The notes beneath the pieces are model-generated. The model did not search any database. It saw only the letters and a list, made by a program, of their open reading frames with translations, and was not told the origin of the DNA. This document shows, in pieces, positions 37,253 to 47,529 of a stretch of DNA of 64,000 nt. Every line of letters begins with the position of its first letter. Positions within the stretch are counted from its first letter, which is position 1. The translations under genes were made by a program, and so were the position numbers. This stretch comes from an uncultured delta proteobacterium (GTDB lineage Bacteria > Myxococcota_A > Polyangia > Polyangiales > Polyangiaceae): assembly GCA_963841435.1 (NCBI GenBank), contig CAWJCS010000003.1:1408001-1472000 (forward strand), read 5' to 3'.

Positions 37253-38929
37253 ATGCCCCCATCCATTCCGAGGCTCCTTTCGTACCCGTCGTCGGTGCTC
37301 GTCCTGGGCGCCGCGCTCGGTTCGTCGTTGGCGAGCGTCTCGGCCCGCGCCCAGGAGATGGCCGAGCCCCCGGAGCAGGCGGAGCGGCCGACCCCCGCTC
37401 CACTCCCAACCGCGAGGCGCGCCAAGCCTCTGCAGTTCACCGTGGGAGCCCCGCCGAGCTCGCAGGACCTCGGTAGCGAGGCGGACCTCACCTCCCAGTC
37501 GGGTCCAACCCAGGATCTTGCCGCCGTGCTCGGCCAGTGGTCCTTCGTCCTCAAGGGCTCGGTGCGCGTGCCCATGCGGGTCGGCATCGGCCCCCGGAAC
37601 GACGGCCGGTCCGGCAGGGAGCTGCACTCGCCGCCCCGCATCGTGGGGCTCAGCTCGGGTGACTGGAACTACGTCGCGCTCGCGCCGAACGCGTCGGCGG
37701 GGCTGACGCTGCAGGCGGGCAACCCACTCGCGACGGGAACGCTGATCTTCAAGGCGAGTCACCTCATCGACCCCGGCTACCACGTCACCGACGACACGGG
37801 CCTCGACTCCGCGTACCTGACGCTGAAATTCCCTGACGCATTCGGGTCGCGGGGCGGGTTCGCCGTGCTCGCCGGCGTGTTCTCCGAGCGCTTCGGCATG
37901 TCGGGGCGCTACCAGAAGAGCTCCGGCCACTACTCGACGTACCTGTTCGGTCGCACGCACCAGGCGGGCGAATCGGTGACGTTCGACATCGACATCACGC
38001 CGAAGGTCGAGCTTTTGCTGGAGAACGGCGTGGGAGCGAAGACGGACGTCGTGCCGTTCCTCTCGAAACCGCCGGAAGCCGATTTCATCCAGGGCCAGGG
38101 GCCGCAGCCGTACGGCTCGACGTTCGTCCACCACTCGCACGCGTCGGTGATCATCGACAACTGGTTGCGCTTCTCGGGGCACTACCTGATGTCGTGGTCA
38201 CCGGACGACAACTCGCTCGCGCTCGAGCATGCCCCCTTGTCGCGCCTGGTCTCCACGGGCGGCGAAGTGCACGCCGACAGCGAGAACCTGAACGCGTACG
38301 TCGGCTACTCGCACATCGACGGCCAGAATCTCTTTCCGTTGGGTGACGCGCTCCAGGTCCTCCACAGCGGCGCGGGGCGCGCCTTCAAGCTCAACTATTT
38401 CGGCCAAAAAGGCCGGCTTCCCGACGACGATCCGCGGCTTCAGGGAGGCCTCACGCCCAGCAACGTCGCGGGCACGCTCGACACCATCCTGTGGGAGGCC
38501 GTCGGTCACTCGGCGTTCTTCGGTGACCCGTTCGGCGGGCGCGACCTCAACGTCGGCATCTACGGCATGTTCAACGTAGCCCGCAGCCCGGTCGTGGATC
38601 CCAACGACAAGAGCGCGTTCGACATCCACACCTACAAGCTGAAGCTCGGCGTCGACGCCGAGATCGAAGCGCTGCGCTTCATGTCCGTCGCCCTACGCGC
38701 CGACCGCGTGATCCCGAAGCTCGGCGTCGCGCCCGAAGACTCGGATGCCTACACGGCGCTGTCGCCGCGTCTCACGTTCCACACCAGGCCCGGGAGCAAA
38801 GAGCATGTTCACCTCCAATACACGCACTTCTTCCTCGGACCACGAACCGTCCCCGGCTCGCCCTACACCGACGGCTACTACAAGGCCGACCCGGACATGG
38901 TCGTGCTCACGGGCAGGATGTCCTTTTAG
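37253..38929 (+). CDS. Putative outer-membrane beta-barrel protein (paralog 1)
   Basis: Signal peptide (ARA|Q), amphipathic strands, terminal Phe (TGRMSF). Confidence 0.7.
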   Translation: MPPSIPRLLSYPSSVLVLGAALGSSLASVSARAQEMAEPPEQAERPTPAPLPTARRAKPLQFTVGAPPSSQDLGSEADLTSQSGPTQDLAAVLGQWSFVLKGSVRVPMRVGIGPRNDGRSGRELHSPPRIVGLSSGDWNYVALAPNASAGLTLQAGNPLATGTLIFKASHLIDPGYHVTDDTGLDSAYLTLKFPDAFGSRGGFAVLAGVFSERFGMSGRYQKSSGHYSTYLFGRTHQAGESVTFDIDITPKVELLLENGVGAKTDVVPFLSKPPEADFIQGQGPQPYGSTFVHHSHASVIIDNWLRFSGHYLMSWSPDDNSLALEHAPLSRLVSTGGEVHADSENLNAYVGYSHIDGQNLFPLGDALQVLHSGAGRAFKLNYFGQKGRLPDDDPRLQGGLTPSNVAGTLDTILWEAVGHSAFFGDPFGGRDLNVGIYGMFNVARSPVVDPNDKSAFDIHTYKLKLGVDAEIEALRFMSVALRADRVIPKLGVAPEDSDAYTALSPRLTFHTRPGSKEHVHLQYTHFFLGPRTVPGSPYTDGYYKADPDMVVLTGRMSF

Positions 38930-38931
38930 CC

Positions 38932-40785
38932 ATGACCCCGCGTAAGCTCCGCACGTCCTTCGTCACGGCGCTCGCCTTCGCCACCCTGCCGAGCGCAGCG
39001 CGTGCCCAGCCAGCCCCCAATCCTGTCACCAAAGAGGAGGCCCCGTCGTCACCCGAGGCTCCCGCAGAGCCCGTCGCGGCTCCCGCCGCCACCGCCGAGG
39101 CACCGGCGGCGCCGGCCGCGCCAACCGCCGCGCAAGCCCCCAAGGAGGACGCAAAGCCAAAGCCTCCGCCCACGGTTTTTCCTCCGCCCGTCACGCGCCC
39201 GCCGCGCCCCATGCGCGGCAAGCCCCAGGTGACGACGCTCGGTCCGGACCCGGCCGCGCCTGACTTCGGCGCCGAAGCGGACCTCGTCAGCACCTCGGGA
39301 GCACCGAAGCCGCCCCTGCAAAACCGTCGCTGGTCTTACACGCTGAGCGGCTTCTTCCGTGCACCGGCACGGGTGGGCATCGGGCCCGAGACGGGAAGCA
39401 CCGACGGCACGCAGCTGCACAGCCCACCGCGCATGGTCGGTCGCACCCCACACGAGTGGAGCTACATCAACGTCGCGCCGCCACCGGTCGGCCAGTTCGG
39501 CCTCACCGTCGCCAACCGACGCGTGTCGGCGAACCTCCTGCTCGGCGGCGACACCTTCGTCGACGCCGCCTATCCGATCCTCGACGAGCTCGGCGGGTTC
39601 ACCCAGGCCTGGGTGACGCTCACCTGGCCCGAGCTCTTCGGGACCGACGGTGGCCTCGGCTGTTCGGTGGGAGCTTTCTCCGAGCGCTTCGGCATGGCGG
39701 GGCCCTATCAGGAGTCGAGCGGCTACTACGGCACGTATCTCTTCGGCCGCACGCACGTCGCGGGCGAGTCGTGCACCATCGACATCGACGTCGGCGACGA
39801 CACCGAAATCATGGTCGAAGAGGGCGTGGGCGCGAAGGTCGAGGTCGTTCCGTTCCAGAAGTCGGGGGCCCCCGTGGCGCCCTACCTGCCGAACCAGGGC
39901 CCGGTCCCGCAGGGGTCGACGTACCTCGTGCACGGGCACGTGGGCTTGCAGCAGAGCGACTGGCTGCGCATTGCCGCCCACTACCTGTACGCGTTTTCGC
40001 CCGACGATCTCGCTGACGCCAAGCTCACGCCCTCGCGTACGGCGAAGCTCACCATCCTGGGCGGCGAGATCCATGCCGACCATCCGGTCGCGGGCAGCGG
40101 CTACATCGGCTACTCGTACATCGACGCGAGGCGCATCTTGCCGCTCTCGGACGCCGTCGAGGTCCTTCACAGCACGACCGGCGCCGTGTTCAAGGAAAAC
40201 TACTTCGGGCCATTGCCGGCGGCGACGGCTTCGGGGCTGCTCACCAACAACGATCGCCCCGGACGCGACGACTCGGGCACGGTTCAATCGGTGCTGCTCC
40301 AGTACATCATCAGACTGGCGCCCCTGCTCGGCCGTCGCGAGCCCGGCGCCGACGTGGCGCTCGCCGTCTACGGCATGCTCAATCACGTCGAGGCCCCGAA
40401 GACGGAGCTCAACGGTCAGCTCTTCTTACCGGGAACGAGCCAGCCCGTGCCCGCCTACACGCTCAAGCAAGATCGCTTCAAGCTCGGCGGAGAGCTCCAG
40501 GTCTCGCCGCTTCATCACGTGTCGGTCGGAGCGCGGTTCGACCGCGTGATGCCGGACGGCGGCAATGCCGACGTCGCCTACTCGGCCCTTTCGCCGCGTG
40601 TCGTCCTGCACACCAACTGGCTGAGCCGCGAGTACATCGTCCTCAATTACACGCACTTTTTCCTCGGCAAGGGCGTGCGCCCGAGCGCGCCCTACGATCA
40701 GCCGAGCCCCCCGGAAGAGCCGTACAGGTCGCTCACCACGCCCGATCCGAACCTCATCTCGCTGACCGCGATGCTGGCGTTCTGA
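38932..40785 (+). CDS. Putative outer-membrane beta-barrel protein (paralog 2)
   Basis: Shares LHSPPR.VG, FSERFGM.G.YQ.SSG.Y.TYLFGRTH.AGES and QGP.P.GST with paralog 1; terminal Phe. Confidence 0.7.
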   Translation: MTPRKLRTSFVTALAFATLPSAARAQPAPNPVTKEEAPSSPEAPAEPVAAPAATAEAPAAPAAPTAAQAPKEDAKPKPPPTVFPPPVTRPPRPMRGKPQVTTLGPDPAAPDFGAEADLVSTSGAPKPPLQNRRWSYTLSGFFRAPARVGIGPETGSTDGTQLHSPPRMVGRTPHEWSYINVAPPPVGQFGLTVANRRVSANLLLGGDTFVDAAYPILDELGGFTQAWVTLTWPELFGTDGGLGCSVGAFSERFGMAGPYQESSGYYGTYLFGRTHVAGESCTIDIDVGDDTEIMVEEGVGAKVEVVPFQKSGAPVAPYLPNQGPVPQGSTYLVHGHVGLQQSDWLRIAAHYLYAFSPDDLADAKLTPSRTAKLTILGGEIHADHPVAGSGYIGYSYIDARRILPLSDAVEVLHSTTGAVFKENYFGPLPAATASGLLTNNDRPGRDDSGTVQSVLLQYIIRLAPLLGRREPGADVALAVYGMLNHVEAPKTELNGQLFLPGTSQPVPAYTLKQDRFKLGGELQVSPLHHVSVGARFDRVMPDGGNADVAYSALSPRVVLHTNWLSREYIVLNYTHFFLGKGVRPSAPYDQPSPPEEPYRSLTTPDPNLISLTAMLAF

Positions 40786-40879
40786 GCCGGCGGCCGTGCC
40801 GCGCAGGGGTGCCGTTCAGGTGGCAGCGCTCGAGCGCGTGAACACGCCCGCGACGCGCCAGCTGCGAGCTGGTCCGCGC

Positions 40880-41839
40880 TCAGGGCTCGGTGACGTGCAC
40901 GTCGTCGAAGACGGCGACGCAGTCGCGCGTGCCGAGCGCGATGCCACCCTGGGCGAGCGGCGCGTCATCCGTCGCCGTTCCGAGCACCTCGCCGTTGACC
41001 TCGAGCGTCACGTCCGCGCCGGCGAGCGTGAGAGCGAGCGTGTGCCACGTTCCCATGCCCGCCACGATGGGGTCGATATCGAAGGTCAAGACATCGGTGC
41101 TGCTACCGTTGGTCTTGCGACGCACCTTCGGCTTGCCGTCGGAGCGAAACTCCGCAAAGTAGTAGTTCTTGTCGCCGGGCGCCCAGCGTGCGCCAAGGTA
41201 GATGAGCCCGTCCCCGGCGGCGGTTTCGGACACGAACATCACGCGCGCTTCGATGCGCACGTCGGTCCAGTATCGATCGCCGCCAACCGTCCAGCTCTCG
41301 TCGCCGTAGGCGGTGCCCTCCTGATAGACCTTGTTGCCGCCATCGTCGATGACGGACCAATCGCCCACGACACTGCTGTCGGCGGGCGTCGGCGCGTCCG
41401 CGAACCAATCGAGGGCGTCTCCGTCCTCGAAATCGTCGGTGTAGGGCAGCGGGATGGTCGCCTTCGGTCCGGCGGCGGTGACGCCGGCCGTACCGCTCGT
41501 GCCGCTCGTGCCGCCCGTCGCGCTCGTACCGCCGCGACCGGCGGTTGCCCCGCTGCCGCCCATGGAACCGCCGCTGCCCGACGACCCCGAGGCGCCGCCC
41601 CCGCTGCTGCCGCTCGAGCCGCCCGCATCGACGCCCGCGCCGCCCGTCGCGGGCTCGCCGCCCGTGCCCGACGTACCGGCCACCTCGGAGCCACCGAGAC
41701 CGGACCCCGACGACCCCGACGTGCCGCCGCCGACGCTCGGGCCGTCACCGAGCACGATGGGGTCGCTCTCTGCCGTGGCGCACGCCGTCACGAGCGACAG
41801 CGCCGCCAAGGTCCTACCGAGCCTCGGTACGTCGCGCAT
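40880..41839 (-). CDS. Lipoprotein with concanavalin A-like/3-keto-disaccharide hydrolase-like domain
   Basis: VTAC lipobox, Gly linker, YTDDFEDG, WTDVRIEARV, WHTLAL and GGIALG...FDDVHV. Confidence 0.7.
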   Translation of the reverse strand: MRDVPRLGRTLAALSLVTACATAESDPIVLGDGPSVGGGTSGSSGSGLGGSEVAGTSGTGGEPATGGAGVDAGGSSGSSGGGASGSSGSGGSMGGSGATAGRGGTSATGGTSGTSGTAGVTAAGPKATIPLPYTDDFEDGDALDWFADAPTPADSSVVGDWSVIDDGGNKVYQEGTAYGDESWTVGGDRYWTDVRIEARVMFVSETAAGDGLIYLGARWAPGDKNYYFAEFRSDGKPKVRRKTNGSSTDVLTFDIDPIVAGMGTWHTLALTLAGADVTLEVNGEVLGTATDDAPLAQGGIALGTRDCVAVFDDVHVTEP

Positions 41840-41841
41840 CG

Positions 41842-43081
41842 TCACCGGACGATCTGATCCGGACAGCCGTAGATGATCTGGACGGTGTCCGAGCCGCTCT
41901 CCTTCACCTTCTCGCACCAGCTGCCGTAGATCTCGACGACGGTCTGCGCTGCGTCGTTGTACGACCAGCCGTCCACCTTGGTGTCGTCGGGCGGCACCTT
42001 CTCGCCGTCGATGTTGACGGCGATGTTCGACGGATCGTCGGGCTTGCTCTGGAGCGGGAACACGCACGTTTTCACGTCGATGGCGATCGCTTCGAGAGCC
42101 GCCGTCAGCTGCTCGGTGCTGTTGCCGAGATAAAACGCGTTGGCACGCGGATTGGCGGATGGAGCGGGACGCCCGCCGGCCGTCGCCATGGCGTTCAGCG
42201 TGTCGACCGCCGAGGTCTTGTTGGTACCGACACCCATCACGAAGGTCGGGATACCGAGGCCGAGCGCCTCGGTGATGGCATCGATCGCGTAGGGTCGCGC
42301 CGCGCTCTGCCCCTCGTCGCCGTCGCCTGGGCCCACGTTGATGCACGACGGCTCGCCGTCGGTGGCGAGCAGAATGTACTTCGGGTTCGTGTCGTCGAGC
42401 GTCGTCAGGTAAGTGACCGCCCGACGAATAGTGTCGCCCGTCGGCGTGCCGTCACCGTCGTCGGACTCGGCGTTGATGGCGCTCGTGACGGCGCCGGCAT
42501 TCTGCTCCGCCACGGGCACGTCGATGCGATCGGTGAGTGACTCGGCGAGACACGCATCGCCGTCACCCGTCCCGCCCTCGGGGAAGGTCTTCATGCCCCA
42601 GTTGATCGCAGTGTCTGTCGCGGGGATGACCGTCAAGAGCGCGGGGCGGATGAGATCCCACTTGGGCGTCGTCACCGTCATGCCGTTCATGTCAACGTAA
42701 TCTTCGGGCGGGTCCTGTTGCGACGCCGAGCGGTCGAGCAGGAGCAGGACGTCGGCCGGCTTGCGCTCGAGGTCGAAATACTGGAGCCCGCACTGCGTCG
42801 CCCCCGCGCTACCACCGCTTTCCACGCTGATCGTGCCGCCGGAGCCCGAGCCCGAGCTCGAGCCACCCGTGGCGCCGGAGCCGCCCACGCCCGACGAAGC
42901 GCCGCTCCCGGAGCTGCCGCCCGCCCCGCCCGTCGTGGCGAGCGTGCCACCCGTTGCCGCCGTGCCCAGAATCCTCCGGGGCGCCCGATTTGCCCGCGGA
43001 GCACGCCGCGAGCACGGGCAGCACGACCCACGCGGTGCGCGCACCGATTGCTCTGCCCGGAGCCATGGTCCAAGCGGACAT
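41842..43081 (-). CDS. vWA-domain lipoprotein (CglB-like), +1 frameshift near 42968
   Basis: MIDAS DRSAS, GTPT and LLATDGEP. The LAAC lipobox lies in the adjacent frame; joined length 412 aa. Confidence 0.8.
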
Positions 43082-43086
43082 GCGCG

Positions 43087-43767
43087 TCACTCCGGAACGA
43101 ACCACTTGTTCGTCGAGCCGCAGGCCCAGCGCATCGTGCCGTTCGTGTTCAGGCAAACGCAGCCGTGCTGCGTCGTACCGTCCACGAAGTTGCGCGCGAT
43201 GCACTCTTGCCACTCGACGGCGCAGGGGCTGTTCTTCAGGTAGGCCTCGTCGCCCGTCGCGAACTCGACACAGGAAGGGGCGCGGTCGGGGATCATCTGC
43301 TGGCTGGGCGTCCCACAAGCCCATTGTGGCCCGATGCCACCGTCGACGCACGTGCAGCCCTCCTGCAGCGCCGGGTCGGAGATGCTGCGGTCGATGCACT
43401 GAGTGCCGAGCAGTCCCGTGCACGTCCTACCGCGCAGCGCCGGAGCCGTCGCCGTCAGCGGGTCACAGGAGGGGGCCGTGGTCGCGCCCTGCCAGCTCCT
43501 CGGCGGAAAACAGGGGCATTGGGTGTAGACGCCACCCGCGCAGGTGCACACTTTGGTGCCGAGCGAGCTGAAGCCGCACGTGGTCACGGCGTCGTGCGTG
43601 CACAAGTTACCTGGATGCGGGTCGTTCGCGTTGGCATCGTAGCCCTGGTCGAAGGCATACGTACCATCGCGCAAGTCGTCGCTACCGCTCGAGCAGCCGA
43701 CCGCGACGGCGGCGAAGGCCAGCAACGCGGCACTCGCCGCACGCACCGATCTTCGCCACCGTGCCAT
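43087..43767 (-). CDS. Cys-rich lipoprotein
   Basis: AVGC lipobox; repeated C.C...W.C modules. Confidence 0.75.
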   Translation of the reverse strand: MARWRRSVRAASAALLAFAAVAVGCSSGSDDLRDGTYAFDQGYDANANDPHPGNLCTHDAVTTCGFSSLGTKVCTCAGGVYTQCPCFPPRSWQGATTAPSCDPLTATAPALRGRTCTGLLGTQCIDRSISDPALQEGCTCVDGGIGPQWACGTPSQQMIPDRAPSCVEFATGDEAYLKNSPCAVEWQECIARNFVDGTTQHGCVCLNTNGTMRWACGSTNKWFVPE

Positions 43768-43784
43768 GGACACTCGAGCCCACC

Positions 43785-44369
43785 TCACATCGCCCACGTC
43801 GAAGGCGGCTTGTCGCAATCCCAAATCTGAGCCGACTCGTCGTCGAGGAAGCAGACACACGCTTCGCCGTTCGCCGCGCCCTCGCAGGTCGCGCCGAGCG
43901 TCGCGCAGGGGACGGTGTCCTGCTCGGCGCCGGTGCAGGGCGTGATGTCGGCGGGCTTCGATTTTGCCCAGTCGAACGGTGACGCCGAAAAGTCGCACGC
44001 GGTGCAGCTCCAGTTGGTCGCGCAATCGCAGACGCGCGTCCCACTGTCGCCGAGGCCGCACACGAGGTTGTCGCAGTGCAGACCCTCGTTGGGGCATGCC
44101 ATGTTGGTCTTGATGCCTTTGCAGTTGGGGTCGGTGTTGGCGGTCCCGGAGGTCCCACCGCTGCCGCTCGAGGTGCCGCCCGTGCCACCGGTCGTGCCGC
44201 CCGTGCCGCCGGTCGTGCCACCCGTGCCGCCGGAGCCACCGCTGGCCCCCGTGCCGCCCGTCGACGGGTCGCCGCCAGCGGGGGTTTCCGCGCTGGAACA
44301 ACCGCTGTAGACCCAGACCTGGGCGCACACCAACAGAACCGTTGCCAATTTCGCTCGACGCATCGTCAT
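43785..44369 (-). CDS. Cys-rich lipoprotein
   Basis: YSGC lipobox, Gly/Thr linker, C.C...W.C modules. Confidence 0.75.
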   Translation of the reverse strand: MTMRRAKLATVLLVCAQVWVYSGCSSAETPAGGDPSTGGTGASGGSGGTGGTTGGTGGTTGGTGGTSSGSGGTSGTANTDPNCKGIKTNMACPNEGLHCDNLVCGLGDSGTRVCDCATNWSCTACDFSASPFDWAKSKPADITPCTGAEQDTVPCATLGATCEGAANGEACVCFLDDESAQIWDCDKPPSTWAM

Positions 44370-44511
44370 GACCTCGCTGTCCGTCCTTTCAGAGCCGCGC
44401 CACGGGGGCCTGCGGGGGAACAATGCCGACGGCCCGCCGTTCGATCACGAAAAGCAGCCGTTGAGCGGCCTCGCCGTGATCGTCACCCACCCTGGGGAGC
44501 ATTAGACGCCC

Positions 44512-45852
44512 ATGGCCGACGCACCCGCCACCCCGCCGCAAGAGCCGACGCCCGCACCCAACGCTCTGGGCCAGGCCATTGGCAGGCATCGCTGGCTGAT
44601 CTGCATGCTCCTGTTTCTGGCGACGACGGTCAATTACATGGACCGGCAGATCCTCTCGCTCCTAAAGCCGATGCTCGACAGGGATCTCGGCTGGACCAAC
44701 GAGCAGTTCGGCGAGGTCAATGCCGCCTTCCAGGGCGCGTATGCCGTCGGCCTGCTCCTGTTCGGCGCCTTCATCGATCGCTTCGGGACCAAGATCGGTT
44801 ACGCGGTGTCCATCGCTGCATGGAGCGTCGCCGCCGTGGCCCATGCAGCCGCGGCGAGCGTCGGCGGCTTCTTCGCGGCGCGCGTCGCACTGGGACTCGG
44901 GGAAGGCGGCAACTTCCCATCCGCGATCAAAGCCGTCGCGATCTGGTTCCCGAAGCGCGAGCGGGCTTACGCCACGGCGCTCTTCAATTCCGGCACCAAC
45001 GTCGGCGCCATCATTGCGCCCGCCATCGTGCCCTGGCTCGCGCTCAACTACGGCTGGCGCTCGGCCTTCGTCGCGGCGGGCATCGCGGGCTTTTTGTGGC
45101 TCGGGCTCTGGATCCCGCTTTACAACGTGCCGGAGAAGGTGAAGGCGCTGAGCCCCGCCGAGAAGGCCTACATCGAGAGTGACCGGGACGACCCTGCGGC
45201 CGAAAACAAGGTCAGCTGGCTCAGAATCCTGCGCTACCGGGCCGCCTGGTCGTTCATCGTGTCGAAGTTTTTGACCGATCCGGTGTGGTGGTTTTTCCTG
45301 ATCTGGCTGCCGGACTACTTCAAGAAGACGCGGAACCTCGACATCAAACAGAGCTGGGTGCACCTCGTGACGATCTACGTGATCGTGACGGTGCTGAGCA
45401 TCATCGGCGGGTGGCTCGTCGGCTACATGGTGCGCCGAGGGCAGAGCGTTTCCCGCGCCCGCAAGACGAGCATGCTCGGATGCGCCCTGCTCGTGTTGCC
45501 GATCCTGCTCGTCACGAAGGTGGGCGTGTGGGGGGCCGTCGGGCTCATCGGCCTCGCCGGCGCCGCCCACCAGGCGTGGTCCGCGAACCTTTTTACCACC
45601 GTGTCCGACATGTTCCCGAAGCGCGCCGTCGCGTCGGTCGTCGGCATCGGTGGCATGGCCGGCTCCTTCGGCGGCATCTTGTTCCCGATCTACACGGGGA
45701 AATTGCTCGACCGCTTCCAGGCATCCGGGAACGTGACGGCCGGCTACGCTGCGCTGTTCGCCATCTGCGGATCCGCGTACCTGATTGCGTTCGCACTGAG
45801 CCACGTGCTCTCGCCACGCTTCGAACCCATCAAGCTGGACGACGCGCGCTGA
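44512..45852 (+). CDS. exuT: Hexuronate transporter, MFS (ExuT-like)
   Basis: NYMDRQ, GEGGNFP, WFPKRERA, FLTDPVWWF and AHQAWSAN. Confidence 0.88.
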   Translation: MADAPATPPQEPTPAPNALGQAIGRHRWLICMLLFLATTVNYMDRQILSLLKPMLDRDLGWTNEQFGEVNAAFQGAYAVGLLLFGAFIDRFGTKIGYAVSIAAWSVAAVAHAAAASVGGFFAARVALGLGEGGNFPSAIKAVAIWFPKRERAYATALFNSGTNVGAIIAPAIVPWLALNYGWRSAFVAAGIAGFLWLGLWIPLYNVPEKVKALSPAEKAYIESDRDDPAAENKVSWLRILRYRAAWSFIVSKFLTDPVWWFFLIWLPDYFKKTRNLDIKQSWVHLVTIYVIVTVLSIIGGWLVGYMVRRGQSVSRARKTSMLGCALLVLPILLVTKVGVWGAVGLIGLAGAAHQAWSANLFTTVSDMFPKRAVASVVGIGGMAGSFGGILFPIYTGKLLDRFQASGNVTAGYAALFAICGSAYLIAFALSHVLSPRFEPIKLDDAR

Positions 45853-45908
45853 GCCGCCGCGGGCGGCCGGCGTGCGCCCCGGTGTACCGCCCGTCGATTC
45901 GCGCGCGC

Positions 45909-46745
45909 TCAGCGCAAGAAAACGCTGTTCGAGTCGTACTGGCAGAAGACGCCGTTAACGTCGCTCTTCGTCTTCGTGGGCTCGAGCCCCTTCGAGTTGC
46001 CAATCCACTTCTGGCAAACGGGAAAGCTCGGCTTGACGGCGCGGTAGATGGTGTTGATACCGCGAAAGACCGCTTCGTCGCCGTAGTTCTCGTTGATGCC
46101 GACGAGGCACGACGAGCGCTTCCCCACGACGGCGGTGACGTTCTCGACGATCACGCGACGCTTCCCCTGGCGGCTGCAGTTGCCGCAAGAGCGGTAGAGC
46201 TTGCCGAAGTGCTCCACGTAGAAATTCTTGATGATCATGGTGCCCTGGCCGTTGTTCTGGAACACCTTGTCCATGGCACCGCTCGCGCCACCGCGATCGA
46301 TGATCATCACGTCGCTGGGCACCTGCCCGCGGAAGGTCGCCGCGTCCTCACCGACGCGCTCCCACCAGACGTTGCGCAGTGTGCACGAGCCGTAGCAGTG
46401 GATGCCGTCGGCCGCTGGGTCACCGATGATGACGTTCTCGAGCACGGCGCCGTCCGAGAGGCGAAACAGCGGAGCTTGGTTTTCGTCCTGGCCGCTCGTG
46501 CCGAGCTCGTCCACGCCGTAAAAGCGCTGCATCTTACCGTCGAAATGGCCCGCGATGCGGCGTGTCGCGTCAACTCCCACCTCGCCCGTCGGCGTCGGCC
46601 AGCGGACGAGCGGGGACGCCGCGGGATGGCGGTTGAAGTAAGTGACGTTCTCGGCCTCACCCGCGCAGGCCGGGAGCCCCGCGGCCAAAAGCCCCACGAG
46701 CGCTGCGCCGAGCGACGCGCTTAGTCGTCTTTTCGAACGTCTCAC
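45909..46745 (-). CDS. Pectate lyase, PL3 family (lipoprotein)
   Basis: ADGIHC, VWWERVGEDA, DKVFQ and GKLYRSCGNC. Confidence 0.92.
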   Translation of the reverse strand: MRRSKRRLSASLGAALVGLLAAGLPACAGEAENVTYFNRHPAASPLVRWPTPTGEVGVDATRRIAGHFDGKMQRFYGVDELGTSGQDENQAPLFRLSDGAVLENVIIGDPAADGIHCYGSCTLRNVWWERVGEDAATFRGQVPSDVMIIDRGGASGAMDKVFQNNGQGTMIIKNFYVEHFGKLYRSCGNCSRQGKRRVIVENVTAVVGKRSSCLVGINENYGDEAVFRGINTIYRAVKPSFPVCQKWIGNSKGLEPTKTKSDVNGVFCQYDSNSVFLR

Positions 46746-46767
46746 GATCGTTTTCGCCTTCCGCGCC

Positions 46768-47529
46768 TCAGCGCCCGAGCCAACCCCCGTCCACGGCGAG
46801 CAGGTGCCCGTGGATGTAGTCACTCGCCGGAGCGCAGAGAAACACGGCCGCGCCGGCGATGTCGGAGGGCTCCGCCCAGCGGCCAGCGGGGATCCGCTCC
46901 AGGATCTGCCGGCTGCGCGTCGCGTCCTTCTGCAAGGCGGCCGTGTTGTCGGTCTTCACGTAGCCCGGCGCGATGGCGTTGACGTTCACGCCGAGCGACG
47001 CCCACTCGTTGGCGAGCGCCTTCGTGAGCTGCGCGACACCACCCTTGGACGCTGCGTAGGCCGGCACGGTGATGCCGCCCTGGAACGACAAGAGCGAGGC
47101 AATGTTGATGATCTTGCCGGTGCCCTGGAGAATCATGCGCCGGCCGGCGGCCTGGCAGAGGCGAAAGACACTCGATAGATTCACCTCGATGACGGTCGCC
47201 CAGTCCTCCTCCGAATACTCGACGGCCGGTGCGCGACGGATGGTCCCCGCGTTGTTCACGAGTATGTCGATGCGCCCGAGGCCCTGGAGCGTGTCCTCGA
47301 CGAGCTGTGTCGCGGTCTCACTACGAGCGAGGTCGCCCCGCAGCGCGAGAGCGTTCTTACCGAGCTCGCGCACGCGCTGGCTCGTGGCGTCGGGCTTGCG
47401 CGCGTTGCCGTGGCAGGCCACGTCGGCTCCGGCCGCAGCGAGCGCCGTAGCGATGGCGGCGCCGATGCCCGTGGCGGCACCGGTGACGAGCGCCGCCATG
47501 CCGTCGAGACGGAAGGGGTCCTGACTCAT
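46768..47529 (-). CDS. kduD: 2-dehydro-3-deoxy-D-gluconate 5-dehydrogenase
   Basis: NNAGTIRR, IASLLSFQGGITVPAYAASK and ERIPAGRW. Confidence 0.93.
   Translation of the reverse strand: MSQDPFRLDGMAALVTGAATGIGAAIATALAAAGADVACHGNARKPDATSQRVRELGKNALALRGDLARSETATQLVEDTLQGLGRIDILVNNAGTIRRAPAVEYSEEDWATVIEVNLSSVFRLCQAAGRRMILQGTGKIINIASLLSFQGGITVPAYAASKGGVAQLTKALANEWASLGVNVNAIAPGYVKTDNTAALQKDATRSRQILERIPAGRWAEPSDIAGAAVFLCAPASDYIHGHLLAVDGGWLGR

Noticed and set aside
36893-38182. Long N-terminal extension of the ARMT1-like ORF (815 aa)
   Set aside because: It is the antisense shadow of the + strand barrel gene; the recognisable domain begins near 36890.
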